Shown here: one piece after another, positions 54,023-55,190 of the stretch
How the letters are laid out: every line of letters begins with the position of its first letter
Position numbering within the stretch: the first letter of the stretch is position 1
NCBI GenBank assembly: GCA_046706905.1
Contig: JBJKPA010000043.1
Coordinates: 1 to 55,190 of the forward strand
Direction of reading: 5' to 3'
Origin: Gemmatimonadaceae bacterium
GTDB lineage: Bacteria > Gemmatimonadota > Gemmatimonadetes > Gemmatimonadales > Gemmatimonadaceae
DNA length: 55,190 nucleotides
Position numbers and translations under genes: made by a program
Notes under the pieces: model-generated
Told to the model about the DNA's origin: nothing
Seen by the model: only the letters and a program-made list of their open reading frames with translations
Database searches by the model: none

Positions 54023-55190
54023 TCATCTCCGAGAATCGGCGTCGATGGCGATCGCCGAATTGGCCGCGAGTTGAATCTGCACCGTGCCCGCCGAGTCCAC
54101 GGTCACGGCCGTGCCGGCGCACGCGCCGTTCCGGAGCCCGCCGCTCAGCAGGTCGCAGTAGTCCCCTGGCGGCATCGTCGTCGCCACGGTCGTGTCCACC
54201 GCGCTCGTCTCGCGGCTGATCGCCACGAACCCCTTCGTGCCGCGCGAGAAGGCAATCGCGTTGCTGCCGTCGTCCCACCAGTCGGTGATCGCCGTGCCGG
54301 CCACCACGTGCCGGAAGCCGACCATGGCCTCGATCATCGGGTCGCGGTGCTCGCACACCCACTCCCCGATCACGGCCTGCTCCAGGCTCGGCGCGCACGT
54401 CACGTTGTTGGTGTTTCCGTTGGCGTCCGACGGCGGGCCCATCGAGTTCTGCACCGGCCGGCTGAACGCATAGCTCGACAGGATCTTGGGGTAGCCGTAC
54501 GGCTGGGCGAGCATCCACACGTTGGCCAGCCGGAAGGTCTGCCCGTCGCGGTAGCTGATCCGCCCCACGTCATGCTGCGTGTCGTGATTCTCCAGGAACA
54601 CCACGGCCTTGTCCGACGGCATCATGCCCCACGCCGCGGCCGAAAACTGGCTGCCCGCAGGTCCGTTCGGATTGAGCTGCGAGAGGTGCTGTCCGCCGGT
54701 GCCCAGGAACTTGTCGCCCGCGCCCTGGAAGATGAATTCCGTGATGTCCGCCGCTCCGCCGCTCTTGTACGCCTCGCCGTAATAGTCTTTCGGGCCGAGC
54801 GCCTCGCCCGGACCCGTGCTGATCTCCAGGAAGTAGTACGGAATCGGAAACCCGTCGGCCTGCACCGTGGAATCCACGATCGAGAAGATGTCGTCGAGGT
54901 CCACCTGCTGGATGTGCTTGGCCGCATCGATGCGGAATCCCGCGACGCCCAGGCGCACCAGCTTGATCAGGTAGTCGGCCAGCGTCTGGCGGACGTAGGG
55001 GAGGCTCGTGTTGAGATCCGGCAGGTCGTCCAGCTCGCAGTCCTGCACGTTGGCGGCGTTGGCGTAGTCGGTGACCTGGCACGGCGGGTGGAAGTCGGCG
55101 GGCGTGTACAGTCCGGGGTAGTTGAACTTCGTGTACGCCGTGCCGGCGCTCCCCACGCCCGGGCTCGGGAAGTTCGTCATGTGGTTGAGA
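54023..55190 (-). CDS. GH13 alpha-amylase (3' part; N-terminus beyond the window)
   Basis: GVAGFRIDAAKHI, YYFLEI, VVFLENHDTQ. The reading frame stays open to the window edge, where LNHM (conserved region I) is encoded. Confidence 0.9.
   Translation of the reverse strand, partial: LNHMTNFPSPGVGSAGTAYTKFNYPGLYTPADFHPPCQVTDYANAANVQDCELDDLPDLNTSLPYVRQTLADYLIKLVRLGVAGFRIDAAKHIQQVDLDDIFSIVDSTVQADGFPIPYYFLEISTGPGEALGPKDYYGEAYKSGGAADITEFIFQGAGDKFLGTGGQHLSQLNPNGPAGSQFSAAAWGMMPSDKAVVFLENHDTQHDVGRISYRDGQTFRLANVWMLAQPYGYPKILSSYAFSRPVQNSMGPPSDANGNTNNVTCAPSLEQAVIGEWVCEHRDPMIEAMVGFRHVVAGTAITDWWDDGSNAIAFSRGTKGFVAISRETSAVDTTVATTMPPGDYCDLLSGGLRNGACAGTAVTVDSAGTVQIQLAANSAIAIDADSRR

Overview
GC-rich bacterial chromosomal window. 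I recognised no rRNA, tRNA, CRISPR array, transposase or integrase. All family calls come from motifs read by eye in the supplied translations and the DNA; no database search was possible.

Layout:
1. 1-3.6 kb, minus strand: three receiver-domain proteins (partial RR, NtrC-type sigma-54 activator, REC-EAL) with two near-consensus sigma-54 promoters.
2. 3.7-6.8 kb: an orphan XRE HTH protein, a Tat-signal histidine phosphatase, a Tat-signal class V PLP enzyme and a small lipoprotein.
3. 6.9-11.3 kb: ECF sigma, ZAS anti-sigma and a 1043-aa TPR-CHAT protein, followed by two different tandem-repeat arrays (8 bp x8, 15 bp x6).
4. 11.5-14.1 kb: csoR-copA copper operon with a perfect CsoR-type palindrome in its promoter.
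5. 14.3-15.2 kb: Xre/RES toxin-antitoxin pair.
6. 14.9-46.6 kb: a polysaccharide locus of about 32 kb, Wzx/Wzy type. It has a priming phosphoglycosyl transferase, PCP, a BY-kinase-fold protein with no catalytic motifs, a Wzy-like polymerase, Wza, Wzx, five glycosyltransferases, CDP-hexose and dTDP-rhamnose pathways, a C-methyltransferase, an aminotransferase, a sulfotransferase, two acetyltransferases, a radical SAM/SPASM enzyme, a methyltransferase and two embedded glycoside hydrolases.
7. 46.7-47.7 kb: Hanks-type Ser/Thr kinase.
8. 47.8-55.2 kb: four secreted glycoside hydrolases (GH2, GH15, two GH13; the last runs off the window).

Many long ORFs in the track are antisense or off-frame shadows typical of high-GC DNA and were rejected. 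Several real genes start at internal ATG/GTG/TTG codons that overlap the preceding stop by 4 nt.

The best candidates for something new are the unusual chemistry and the pseudo-kinase of the polysaccharide locus, the ECF/anti-sigma/CHAT module, and the unexplained repeat arrays at 11.3-11.5 kb.
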